Shown here one piece after another: positions 19,931 to 29,908 of a stretch of DNA of 64,000 nt. The stretch covers positions 1-64,000 of the forward strand of contig NZ_JAHESE010000025.1 in the NCBI RefSeq assembly GCF_018598175.1. Reading direction: 5' to 3'. A program made the translations under genes and the position numbers. A model generated the notes under the pieces. The model searched no databases. It was not told the DNA's origin and saw only the letters and a program-made list of their open reading frames with translations. Origin of the DNA: Dawidia cretensis. GTDB lineage: Bacteria > Bacteroidota > Bacteroidia > Cytophagales > Cyclobacteriaceae. Position 1 is the stretch's first letter; every line of letters starts with the position of its first letter.

Positions 19931-20821
19931 CTATCGCAACAATGGCTTCAGATTGGTTTTGAAGTACCCGGCACTGTCCCGGATGCTCTGCATCGAGCTC
20001 ACCGCGAAATTGCCACCCTGCTCCAGGAAATAGTACTGAAGCCCCGACAGGGAAGCATACGGAAGGATGGTTGTATAATCGATCGATCCGTTGCCAAGTT
20101 CCGTGTAGTCGCGTGTTTTTCGATCCATATCTTTGATGTGCCACATCACAAAGCGGCCGGGCTGTTTTTTAAACAACTCCGCAGGCGTAAGTCTGGACGA
20201 GTGCATAACCCAATACAAATCGAGCTGAAGTTTTACCAACGATGCATCCGTATCAGCCAGCAACACATCGTATCCATTCACGCCATGCTGGTCTGTAAAC
20301 TCATAATCGTGGTTGTGGTATGCAAAGCCCAGGCCCGCCTTGTTTACCTGTTCGCCGACCTGATTCAGCTTTTGTGCCAGTAGCTTGAACTTGTCGATCG
20401 CCCGTGATTCCGGATCGAGCCATGGCCAGGTGATGTATTTTTGCCCCAGGGTCTTCGCCCCCTGGATGCACTGGTCAACGTAACGACGCAATGCGTCCTC
20501 TGACTGGTTGAAGTAACGATAGAAGTCATAATGCCCGCTACTGGTGGTCAGCTGCAAGCGATCCAGCATGCTTTTAAATGCCGACGCATCTATACCATAG
20601 TATTTAGCGGCCTCCGGCTCAAATCCGTAGGTTTCCAGGTCCTGGTATCCAAGGGACGCCACCGCTTTCAGCGTGCCATTCAGATCTTTGGCGAGTGCAT
20701 CCCGGATGGTAAATAATTGCAAGCCCATTTTCAAGGGTTTGTTGGCTCCGACAAAGGCATGCGACAGCAAAGGCACACCTAAAGCCATGGATGAGTTAAT
20801 GATAAAATTCCTGCGGTTCAT
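19931..20821 (-). CDS. Sugar phosphate isomerase/epimerase (xylose isomerase-like TIM barrel), Tat-exported
   Basis: MNRRNFI twin-arginine leader and TIM-barrel AP-endonuclease/xylose-isomerase family features. Confidence 0.7.
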   Translation of the reverse strand: MNRRNFIINSSMALGVPLLSHAFVGANKPLKMGLQLFTIRDALAKDLNGTLKAVASLGYQDLETYGFEPEAAKYYGIDASAFKSMLDRLQLTTSSGHYDFYRYFNQSEDALRRYVDQCIQGAKTLGQKYITWPWLDPESRAIDKFKLLAQKLNQVGEQVNKAGLGFAYHNHDYEFTDQHGVNGYDVLLADTDASLVKLQLDLYWVMHSSRLTPAELFKKQPGRFVMWHIKDMDRKTRDYTELGNGSIDYTTILPYASLSGLQYYFLEQGGNFAVSSMQSIRDSAGYFKTNLKPLLR

Positions 20822-21094
20822 AATAACAAGGGTTGTTCCTTAAAAATACAACGAGTTCATGACATAGCATTGTCAGACCTGCCGTTTAATAAATTGTTTC
20901 AGCCGCTCAATAATTCCACCCGCTCATCATGATAGTCCCGGACGGTTTCGACGCCGGTGCTGCTTTCCTTTACAATTACATCAACATTTATTGATCATGG
21001 ACTCTACGTAGCATCATTCGGCGGCGACCTGTCTGTAGGCCTCCAGGTATACCTCATCTCTGCATCCAGTATAAAACGTTAAATCCGAACAACT

Positions 21095-24037
21095 ATGATC
21101 AAACTCAATTTATATGTCAGGGGCATTGCCATGCTATTCTTCTGTTTTGCTCATGACAACACCGCCATAGCACAGATAACATGGCCGCAGGGGCAACTCC
21201 TCCCCTCCTTTCCGGCGACAGCCCCAACGCAGGATTTAATCAATTGGGGGCCAACCAGTGTTCTCGGCAACATGACCCGCTGGGAAGCCGAAGGTACTTC
21301 ACTTGGTCACAAAACCGGACGCCTGGAAACCGACGGCTGGCTTTGCCAGACAGGAATTGATGCTCCGAATGAGCACATGATCTACGGGCCTTATGTCAAC
21401 AATGTACCAGCAGGACCTAACATTGCCGAGTTTCGGATGAAGATCGATAACAATACTGCCAATAACGATCCGGTGGTTGATATCGATGTTAGAAATGCCA
21501 CGACCGGGGCAAGCCTGGCGTTTCAAACGGTCACCCGCCAGCAATTTTCCATCGCGGCAAACTACACAAGTTTTAGATTGCCCTTTACAATGCCGGCCAA
21601 TAATCAATCCATTGAATTACGTGTCTATTGGCGTGGGGGTGCCTATATAAAGGTAGATTGGGTTGGCGTACAGGCTGACAATACGGTGGGTGAGCAACTC
21701 CTGTTCACTTCATTGAAAGGAATTGTGAACCGTACCCAACCGCGTATTTTCTCGTACGAAGGTGATGCTTTTGCGGAAGGACCCTATACCTGGTTGCAAT
21801 CACTGGGATTGACGTGGACTGAAGTCGCTAACAGATGGTCCTTGATTACGAAGTACCGTAGCGAATTAAATGGGTTGATTGTATACGATCCATCCCAGAT
21901 ACACACCGTCAACCTGGCAACGATGTTAGCGAAAGACAGAAAAGCACTCATTGTTTCTCCTGCATTCATATCGACGTTAACAGCCGCACCGTATAACCTA
22001 CCCGTGCTCATGGACTTGCGCGGACAGTTTACCAGCAAGCTGCACGTGTACCAGACACTCTTCAATACCTACTGGCCAGGCATTGATCACCGGCTATTGG
22101 TTGGATTGAGTCCGGAAGCACATGTACTGGGCATGCGTGAATATGCCGTCGCATTAGGCGCCGCAACGATCTGGCTCGACCCAAATGTGGCCGGCGAAAG
22201 TGAATTACTGAACAGCTTTTTATCGTCCATGCCCGCGGGTGCCAATTTTATGGGCTGGTGGCCGGAAGAGGGTGCCGGTGTAACGCGGGCATCCCAGTAT
22301 GGTATCGCTACGGTTGCAAGCGATTATGCTACTAATCTATCGGTTCACAGTGGCATGCCCAGGACCATTACTAGTAAACCCATTCCTCCGAAACCGGCCC
22401 TGCAAAACAAGATCTACGTAGCCTTCATCTTAAGTGACGGCGACAACCTGCAGTATGTCGAGCACCTGATGCGCAAGCTATGGGCCAATCCAGATCGCGG
22501 CTCCGTGCCGATTGGATGGACTGTTTCTCCAGCCATGGTAGATGCCATGCCCGGCGCACTAAACTTCTATCATCAAACGGCTACTAACAACGACAACCTC
22601 ATTTCGGGGCCTTCCGGTTATGGCTACGCTTATCCAAACAATTTCCCAAACCAAAGCTCGCTCGATCAGTTTGTTGCCAAGACTGAAGAGTACAACCGCC
22701 GGGCCGGGCTGCGGGTGCTTACTGTTTGGAATACCATCACAGGGGGTATTAACCAAAACGTTGGACAAAGCTACGCTACGTATGCGCCATCACTCCTTGG
22801 CTTAACAGCGCAAAATACTGGCGGTCCACTTAGTATATACAATCAAAGTCTTCCCAGTTTTCCACTTTCGTGCAACTACTGTTGGAATGAACAAAACATA
22901 CAGGAGCACATTGCCAATGCTGCTGCGGGATGGAATGGCTCCGAACCCCGGTTCATCATTATTCAGTCTCAGCCATGGCAGGACATGAAACCCAGCAATT
23001 TTAAGAACGTTGCCAATTCTCTTAGTGCTGATTATGTGGTGGTACGTCCGGACCATATCTTCCAGCTCATCCGGGAAAAGAATGGGCTCCCCACGGATCC
23101 AGGTCCCGCCAGGTTAGTTACCGTGTACAAAGATTGTAACTATGGCGGCACTTCTACGGGACTCGACGTAGGCGACTATAATTTGACGCGCCTGAGATCA
23201 TTGGGCGTTCAGGATGATGATATTTCATCCATACGACTCACGCAAGGGTTTAACGTTATTTTATATCAAGATGATAATTTTACAGGCGGTTCCCTTGCCG
23301 TTAATTCCGACTTAAGTTGTTTTGATGGTACCTGGAATGACAAAGTTACTTCCATTCGAATACTTGCCAACACGCCCGCCTCCACGCTGATACAAGCCGA
23401 AAGCTACTCCAACATGAGCGGTGTCCAAACCGAAGCAACAACCGACACCGGTGGAGGACTGAATGTGGGCTATGCCGATACGGGCGATTGGATGGCCTAT
23501 AGCAACATCAATTTCCCGACCACAGGTGCTTACTTACTAGAATACCGGGTGGCCAGTGCGGTAAACGGAGCACGAATCTCGGCTGACCTGAATGCGGGCA
23601 CCACGCCGTTGGGCGCACTCGATGTGCCCAACACGGGGGGATGGCAAACCTGGCAGACGATATCGCACACGGTGAATGTGAATGCAGGAACGTACAATTT
23701 CGGCGTCTTCATCCAAAACACCGGCGTTAACCTCAACTGGATCAGGGTTACCAACGTAGGGACAGGAGCAACCGCGAGAGCAGCTTCACCCAACATAGAA
23801 AAAGAGGCGACGGCAACTTTCGGATTATATCCAAACCCTGTTGAAAACACGCTTTATTTCAGCACTGCTATGAAAGGAGCAAACGTGAGCGTTGCCAACC
23901 TTCAAACAACGGAGGTGCTGTCAGAAACACGGGTGGATGAAAATGGACTGGACGTCTCGGCATTGAAACCAGGACTTTACTTTGTTATTCTCAACAAGGA
24001 TGGAAACAGAACAGTAAAGCGATTTGTCAAGAAATAA
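21095..24037 (+). CDS. T9SS-secreted multidomain carbohydrate-active protein: putative glycoside hydrolase core + beta/gamma-crystallin-like domain + CBM6-like domain + T9SS C-terminal sorting domain
   Basis: Signal peptide. The CBM6-like block has the conserved G..Y..V pattern (residues ~785-900). The crystallin-like block is YKDCNYGG...IRLTQGFNVILYQDDNFTGG. The last ~75 aa (YPNPVENTLYF...GLYFVIL) match the T9SS type-A sorting domain. Confidence 0.7.
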   Translation: MIKLNLYVRGIAMLFFCFAHDNTAIAQITWPQGQLLPSFPATAPTQDLINWGPTSVLGNMTRWEAEGTSLGHKTGRLETDGWLCQTGIDAPNEHMIYGPYVNNVPAGPNIAEFRMKIDNNTANNDPVVDIDVRNATTGASLAFQTVTRQQFSIAANYTSFRLPFTMPANNQSIELRVYWRGGAYIKVDWVGVQADNTVGEQLLFTSLKGIVNRTQPRIFSYEGDAFAEGPYTWLQSLGLTWTEVANRWSLITKYRSELNGLIVYDPSQIHTVNLATMLAKDRKALIVSPAFISTLTAAPYNLPVLMDLRGQFTSKLHVYQTLFNTYWPGIDHRLLVGLSPEAHVLGMREYAVALGAATIWLDPNVAGESELLNSFLSSMPAGANFMGWWPEEGAGVTRASQYGIATVASDYATNLSVHSGMPRTITSKPIPPKPALQNKIYVAFILSDGDNLQYVEHLMRKLWANPDRGSVPIGWTVSPAMVDAMPGALNFYHQTATNNDNLISGPSGYGYAYPNNFPNQSSLDQFVAKTEEYNRRAGLRVLTVWNTITGGINQNVGQSYATYAPSLLGLTAQNTGGPLSIYNQSLPSFPLSCNYCWNEQNIQEHIANAAAGWNGSEPRFIIIQSQPWQDMKPSNFKNVANSLSADYVVVRPDHIFQLIREKNGLPTDPGPARLVTVYKDCNYGGTSTGLDVGDYNLTRLRSLGVQDDDISSIRLTQGFNVILYQDDNFTGGSLAVNSDLSCFDGTWNDKVTSIRILANTPASTLIQAESYSNMSGVQTEATTDTGGGLNVGYADTGDWMAYSNINFPTTGAYLLEYRVASAVNGARISADLNAGTTPLGALDVPNTGGWQTWQTISHTVNVNAGTYNFGVFIQNTGVNLNWIRVTNVGTGATARAASPNIEKEATATFGLYPNPVENTLYFSTAMKGANVSVANLQTTEVLSETRVDENGLDVSALKPGLYFVILNKDGNRTVKRFVKK

Positions 24038-24045
24038 TTAAAAGA

Positions 24046-24072
24046 AAGAGGCTGTCAAACGGACAGCCTCTT
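24046..24072. terminator. Bidirectional rho-independent terminator between convergent genes
   Basis: AAGAGGCTGTC-aaacg-GACAGCCTCTT: 11-bp perfect stem, 5-nt loop, A/T-rich flanks on both sides. Confidence 0.6.
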
Positions 24073-24118
24073 CAAAATACGAACGCCAAAATGGTTACAC
24101 GTTCCTAAAAATGAGAGC

Positions 24119-24910
24119 TTAAAGGCTTCTTCCCAACCCAGCCCAGTCAAACCCGCTATCGGCACGATTATGCTTCAACGCAGGAATTTGCGTCGTAATA
24201 ATCACGGTCGTGCCAGCGATATCGGTCCTGTGATGTTGAGGAATCTCTTGCTTCACCCCTTTTACCATGGTGAATTCAGCACGCTCAAAAAATTCCTGAA
24301 AGGATCGCTTCAACTGGTTAATATTGTTCATGCCGTAGAATAGAACTACCCGGGGGGTATGCTCCTGAATTCTACTCAGTATAGTTTGCACCCGTTGCTG
24401 ATATACCTGTTCCTCGTATAGCTTTCGTGTTTTAAGCATGCTCTTCTGCGGAAGATCGAGCCAGCTATAGTACCAGGCATGGTTGTGTGGACTGGGTAAT
24501 GGATACAATGCGATTAACGCCTCGGAAGCACGTGCGAAATCATTCTTTTGGTAGTGAAGAAGATCCGGAAGCTCTCTGCCCTGATAACCATGCGCAAACG
24601 CGATCAGGTTTTTCCAGATGCCATGCAATACTGCATGGTCACCGAACCTGTAATCGTGGAGGGTGGCGAACAAGTTCGCCCGTGGCCCGTCCGTCCGGAA
24701 GGCTACATGCCGGTATAGGTCACGAAGATCGCACAGCACGGGAGATTCAGCAGGTTTCAGGTTATAGAAATAGTCAAACTTCTCGGCAACCTCTTCCGGC
24801 AGATCACCGCCACCTTCCTCATAGCCTACAAACCACACCGGTGCGTCCCAGGATCCGAATCCATAAAAGCTCTCAAGCCAGTATTGGAGGGTGTGCTCTT
24901 TTATCAGCAT
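24119..24910 (-). CDS. Hypothetical protein, last gene of the PspA-flotillin-giant ATPase operon
   Basis: 263-aa ORF 26 bp downstream of the giant ATPase gene on the same strand. No recognisable family. Confidence 0.5.
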   Translation of the reverse strand: MLIKEHTLQYWLESFYGFGSWDAPVWFVGYEEGGGDLPEEVAEKFDYFYNLKPAESPVLCDLRDLYRHVAFRTDGPRANLFATLHDYRFGDHAVLHGIWKNLIAFAHGYQGRELPDLLHYQKNDFARASEALIALYPLPSPHNHAWYYSWLDLPQKSMLKTRKLYEEQVYQQRVQTILSRIQEHTPRVVLFYGMNNINQLKRSFQEFFERAEFTMVKGVKQEIPQHHRTDIAGTTVIITTQIPALKHNRADSGFDWAGLGRSL

Positions 24911-24936
24911 ACGGGTAAATCTTTAGTTCCTGCCGG

Positions 24937-27900
24937 TCATGGCTTTCCCTTGATTGCCCTTGCAATCGCCTCGAGATGCTCGTTAAACGAGCTCAACTGT
25001 ATCAGCATCTGACCCGACGTGTCGCCTTCGCTCAGCATTCCAAATTTGTTATTCTTCACAAAGATCTCCTTAATTTGCCTCCAGCGCGCTCCTTCCTGAT
25101 CGTTGAGGAAACCTGCAATTTCTTTTAGTCGAAGCAGGTTAGCTTCTGCATCCGATGTCAGCGTTTGAGATTCACCGTCGTAATGGGAAAGAATCAATGT
25201 ATTCACTTCGTCAGGATTCATAAGCGGCACAATTTTACCCGCCATCTTATTCATATTCCGATATGACCCTTGTAACTTGAAAGCAGGCTCGGTACGGTAT
25301 GCATCTTTCATGGCAGCGCTCGCAATATACTGTTGATTCACGAGCATCACCACATCCCGAATCCGGATGATGTTCCTGAGCACCGCGATGGCGTCGTCTA
25401 TCTCCTGCCGGTTATAATTTCCTTCCAGTTCCGGCAACAGCTCACCGTTCGTTTCGACATAACTGATAAGCTTGTACAAATCATCAAAACTGCGACTACT
25501 GATATGCTGCAAATACCGATTCTCCGCCACGCAGTTTTCAATCAAACTCAATCTGAACAGTTGATCGGTATTGCCGATCACATCTCCCAGGTTATAGACA
25601 TCGGCACGGTTCGCCAACATGTCCGGGATCTTAAACTGCTCGCCACTCTCTGTATATGGGTTGCCCGCCATCACCACGCAGAAACGTTTTCCGCGCAGAT
25701 CATAGGTTTTGCTTTCGCCTTCAAAAATGCCATCCATTTTCCGCTGACCGTCGGCGAGGGATATGAACTTCTGTAGAAACTCCGGACTACAATGCTGGAT
25801 GTCGTCGACATACAACATCACGTTATCGGCCATTTCAAAGGAAAGGTTTATTTTCTTGAGCTCTGCCCGCGCGCCTGAAGTCGTCGCTTCCTGCGGATCA
25901 ATGGATGTGATACTGTGCCCGATGGTTGGACCATTGATTTTCACAAAGTGAAGCCCCATCGTTTTTGCCAGGTACTCCATCAACGTCGTTTTACCATAGC
26001 CCGGTGGCGATACCAGCAGCAACATTCCCATCCGCGCAGTGCGTTTATCGTCGCCTGCCGCACCGATCTGCTTGGCCAGGTTGGCGCCGATCAACGGAAA
26101 GTATACCTCGTTAATGAGACGATTACGCACAAACGAGCTCAATACTTTCGGCTCCAGCTCACTGATCTTCAATTGCTGGCGATATTCCCGTACCAATTGC
26201 TCTTTGAGCTGATTAAAAGAAGTAAATGCAGGAACAACCGCGTCAAAATAACTGCGCATCTTCCTCAGAAAGTGATGAAAGTTTAAGGTGTATTGACCAT
26301 CACTTTGTATCACTGCGTGTGTGCCTTTTAAGGCAACAAGATCAATTGAGTCCGCCGCCGCTCTTTCGCGGTAGGCATGATCCTTAAAAAGAAGCAGGCA
26401 AGCTGCTTCATCGACATATTGCACGTCGCCGGCATCCGGTTGCGTTTGAAGAAATGCGTGCAGCCAGCTTTGGATTATATAAAATCGCTCTGCAGTATCG
26501 AAACCCGAGCTATTTACCTCTTGTAAGAACAATCCTGCCCTTTTCTGTGCGTGCAAATATCCTTCGAACGCTTTTTTGAGATGCAGCGCCTGTTGACTGC
26601 CCGTAAAAAACTTACCGGTTGAAAGCTCTAGATACAAATACTGCGCTACATCCTTTGCGCCTACTGATTCATACACAATTTTCGACTGCAAGAATCGCGA
26701 TGATAATTCTTCTTCTACGAAACTTGCACGCTTGCTTTGAGGAAAACTCTCTTGTATGGAATAAGCAGCGGTAATCAATTGTTGAAGCTTATTCTGTGAA
26801 GCCTCGTCCAGGCCAAACCAGAACAGTTGAGCGGCCACACGAACGGCAGGAGAAAACTGCAGGATGCCTAATTCTGCCTGAAGTTTTTTAAGTCCCTGGT
26901 AGATAACCGCAGCATCGGTATTATGAACGCCTTTGAGATATGCGGCTGCATAATCACGTTCTGTCCGGTCATTCAGAAAAGTTTCATAGCTCCAGGGCTC
27001 ATGATGCTGGAGACTTTCGAGATAAGTTTGATACGCAAGATATTCAGAACGATAGATCTCCCTGTTTTCAGATATCAATTCCTGCTCCCAGATGGCTCGA
27101 TGCTGATAGAGCGATTCGGCGGCCACCTGCTTATAGAAGCTGGTCCCCAGGAGATGAAAATATAAGCTCTCATTTCTGCGAATGATTGTCAGATCCAGCA
27201 CTTGCTTATTGACAACAAACTTGTAATTACCGAGTGCAATTATATTTTGGCCATCAACAAAAAGGTCCGTCTTGTCTTTGAGATTTCGCAAAGCAGTTTC
27301 CTGTGCGACTTTCACAAGATTCTCCAGGTTTTCTGCTTTCGCTACGTCGCCCAAATCTTTTAAATCGCCCATCAGGTTACGTACCTTGTCTACCATCAGG
27401 TCCGTAGAAAAGAATGCGTAGATACTTTCCTTATCGTTAAACGACTGGGCTTTATTCTCGATGTTTTTTAGCACCCGCAAGCCAACCTGTTCCAGTGCTG
27501 TTGTGCGCTTGTTCAGCTGCGCGATCAGCATCTCCTTCTTGCCATTGAAGGCTTTGATTACTTCGTCGCGCTTATCTGAAATTTTAAGAATAAATTCATC
27601 AAAGTCGGCAAACTTGCTCTCGAGGTCTTCCACCTGAATACTCACCTTCGTAAAATATTCTTCACACTTTTCAGGCGATGTCGAAAGATCAAGGAAATTT
27701 ACAATGCTTTGATCCAGTAATGTAAGCTGCGCATAAAACTGACCTGTTGACTCCTGCGTTCTCAATGCGGTGGTGATACGTACCACTTCTGCTTTCACTT
27801 CGTTCAGTGATGCAAAAATCAGTGAGATCTTTTCAACGATGCGCGTGGTTTGCGTCGTGTCTTCAATTTTCAGGCTGTTCAGAATATCGATAAGCATTTC

Positions 27901-29778
27901 CAGTCCATTGGAAATCTCTTTTATCGCCAATTCTACGGGCTGAGCGTCTATCACTTTCGCAACACCGCTCGCGGCTTTCCTGAGCGCAGCAACTTTTGCC
28001 TCATACGGCGCCAGCGCCTCCTCTTTCAATAAAAAAGCAACGGTATCCTGTGAAAGTGAGCTATTATATTGCGCGAGCGTCTCTTTCAGTTCCTGAACCG
28101 CATTCGTGTCAATATACCGAACGTTCTGCAGATCGATAACAGCACCCTGCGTACTCCTCGTTGCCGCAAGCAGGTTTACAAGTTGATCCAGTGACGTGAT
28201 GGTCGCCCCTTTTATGTCGACCACCAGCTGGTCCACTCGCTTTTGCGTCGCCACGAGATTGTCCTTCGCGTGCTGGCGCTGCGTTTGCACCTTGGCAAAC
28301 TCATCTATCGCGGTGTTTGCAATATTCCGGATGTTGGTCAGTGGAGTCGCGAGATCGAATGTGCCTTCATCCTTTAACCAGAAATAGGAATCGACAATAT
28401 CGTTCGCACGTTTATGTACGTCCTCGTAAAGATCTTCGTAGCTATCTTCCTTTTGTAAGAGCTGTATGATCTCCTGGCTTTCGCTCATCGCACTTACGAT
28501 ATCCTTATTGCCGATCTTATACAGCACATTATTGCTCATCGCTGTATTTTCCTGAAGCGTAGCGGTATACGGGGTTTGCCAGATTTGCACCTGGTGATGC
28601 CTTACCGCTTCATTCTCGGATCTAAAATATACAAGCATCCCATCATTAAATACCGTAAAGCCATTACAGATGATCGGCGTCTCCACCTTTTGCGCAATCA
28701 TATTGTATGACATTAACACATAGGTATTTGTCTGCTTCTGATAGAATACATAGAGAAAGTCCTCACCATTAGGAGAAGCAACGCTACTATTAAATTCCAG
28801 CTCCGATACCTGTAGCTCGAATATTTTGTGTTCTCCATTTTGCAGGTAATAACCATTCGGAAAGATTATCCCCTGGTTGTCCGGCAGCAGAACGCCGGCG
28901 TCGAGCAGACTATTGATGGGAAGAACCTGTTTCGTCCGCACATTAAAAACGTAGGCGCGAAAGCCCTCCCCATAGGGCTTTATTTTGACAGGGATGAGAT
29001 TCCCGAGGTCTGCATAGTGATATTCCGCATCATCCAGTTGCTGGTCTTTATTCGAGACGGGATCAGAATAAACTCCTTTCCCGGAATCTGTATTGTTTTC
29101 AACCTTAAACGTAATATCACCATGAAGCGCCTCTATGAAAACTTTGTCTAAAATCGAGATATGCGGATATAAACCCAGTCGGCGATTGTTGAGGTCGGTT
29201 TTAATCCAATCGAATTCATGTTGTGGCGCTTTTTTTACTTCATGAATACTTCTGTCGTCGACATAGACCAGCTTCTCGTCTTTGATCAACCATTTAAAAG
29301 CTTTTCGGTCGTCAGGGCTTTTGCTGGTTTGAAAAACCATGAACAGATGGTTCTCTGTCTTGACAAATTTGGCAAAGATTGAATCCCGGTAGTACTTGTA
29401 AAGATTGCTGAAGTCCGTGATAAAATTCTCGTCTTCAATTAATGTAAGCGGCTCCGGGCCGAAATGATCACCCGTGAATTTATAGATACTGAAAACATCG
29501 CTGAGCTTGATGTTTTCACGCAAACCAAAATGGACGTTGTAACCGAAGAGAGTAAGATCACCAAATGCCATAATACCACGCGGTACGCCGCTGTTGACAG
29601 TGGTAATACGTTGGTTGGCGATCAGCTGAAATCCCGTGGAATTGAATATAACCTTGCGGGCATCATTCAGCCTGGCCAGTCTTTCGATTAAATTCAACCG
29701 TTGCTCTTCCAGGCGCTTCCGGATGATCTCATATGTCCCGGAATCCAATCCAATATTTGTATTTTCAGTACCTGCCAT
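24937..29778 (-). CDS. Giant (1613 aa) MoxR/dynein-related (AAA_5-type) AAA+ ATPase with a ~1250-aa N-terminal extension of unknown function
   Basis: Walker A LLLVSPPGYGKTT encoded near nt 26014. Walker B MLYVDDIQH. MoxR-like sensor region VVMAGNPYTESGEQFKIPDMLANRADVY. Long predicted coiled-coil segments upstream of the AAA module. Confidence 0.75.
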   Translation of the reverse strand: MAGTENTNIGLDSGTYEIIRKRLEEQRLNLIERLARLNDARKVIFNSTGFQLIANQRITTVNSGVPRGIMAFGDLTLFGYNVHFGLRENIKLSDVFSIYKFTGDHFGPEPLTLIEDENFITDFSNLYKYYRDSIFAKFVKTENHLFMVFQTSKSPDDRKAFKWLIKDEKLVYVDDRSIHEVKKAPQHEFDWIKTDLNNRRLGLYPHISILDKVFIEALHGDITFKVENNTDSGKGVYSDPVSNKDQQLDDAEYHYADLGNLIPVKIKPYGEGFRAYVFNVRTKQVLPINSLLDAGVLLPDNQGIIFPNGYYLQNGEHKIFELQVSELEFNSSVASPNGEDFLYVFYQKQTNTYVLMSYNMIAQKVETPIICNGFTVFNDGMLVYFRSENEAVRHHQVQIWQTPYTATLQENTAMSNNVLYKIGNKDIVSAMSESQEIIQLLQKEDSYEDLYEDVHKRANDIVDSYFWLKDEGTFDLATPLTNIRNIANTAIDEFAKVQTQRQHAKDNLVATQKRVDQLVVDIKGATITSLDQLVNLLAATRSTQGAVIDLQNVRYIDTNAVQELKETLAQYNSSLSQDTVAFLLKEEALAPYEAKVAALRKAASGVAKVIDAQPVELAIKEISNGLEMLIDILNSLKIEDTTQTTRIVEKISLIFASLNEVKAEVVRITTALRTQESTGQFYAQLTLLDQSIVNFLDLSTSPEKCEEYFTKVSIQVEDLESKFADFDEFILKISDKRDEVIKAFNGKKEMLIAQLNKRTTALEQVGLRVLKNIENKAQSFNDKESIYAFFSTDLMVDKVRNLMGDLKDLGDVAKAENLENLVKVAQETALRNLKDKTDLFVDGQNIIALGNYKFVVNKQVLDLTIIRRNESLYFHLLGTSFYKQVAAESLYQHRAIWEQELISENREIYRSEYLAYQTYLESLQHHEPWSYETFLNDRTERDYAAAYLKGVHNTDAAVIYQGLKKLQAELGILQFSPAVRVAAQLFWFGLDEASQNKLQQLITAAYSIQESFPQSKRASFVEEELSSRFLQSKIVYESVGAKDVAQYLYLELSTGKFFTGSQQALHLKKAFEGYLHAQKRAGLFLQEVNSSGFDTAERFYIIQSWLHAFLQTQPDAGDVQYVDEAACLLLFKDHAYRERAAADSIDLVALKGTHAVIQSDGQYTLNFHHFLRKMRSYFDAVVPAFTSFNQLKEQLVREYRQQLKISELEPKVLSSFVRNRLINEVYFPLIGANLAKQIGAAGDDKRTARMGMLLLVSPPGYGKTTLMEYLAKTMGLHFVKINGPTIGHSITSIDPQEATTSGARAELKKINLSFEMADNVMLYVDDIQHCSPEFLQKFISLADGQRKMDGIFEGESKTYDLRGKRFCVVMAGNPYTESGEQFKIPDMLANRADVYNLGDVIGNTDQLFRLSLIENCVAENRYLQHISSRSFDDLYKLISYVETNGELLPELEGNYNRQEIDDAIAVLRNIIRIRDVVMLVNQQYIASAAMKDAYRTEPAFKLQGSYRNMNKMAGKIVPLMNPDEVNTLILSHYDGESQTLTSDAEANLLRLKEIAGFLNDQEGARWRQIKEIFVKNNKFGMLSEGDTSGQMLIQLSSFNEHLEAIARAIKGKP

Positions 29779-29908
29779 TGCGAAAAAAGATAAACGTTAC
29801 ATCCGCGTAAATTGCTGCCGTTCGAATCGGCTGAACTGCGACCTCCACCGACTCCCGATTCATGCTTATTGATCCCCGGCTCAACAGAGACCCCCGATGA
29901 TCGACGTA

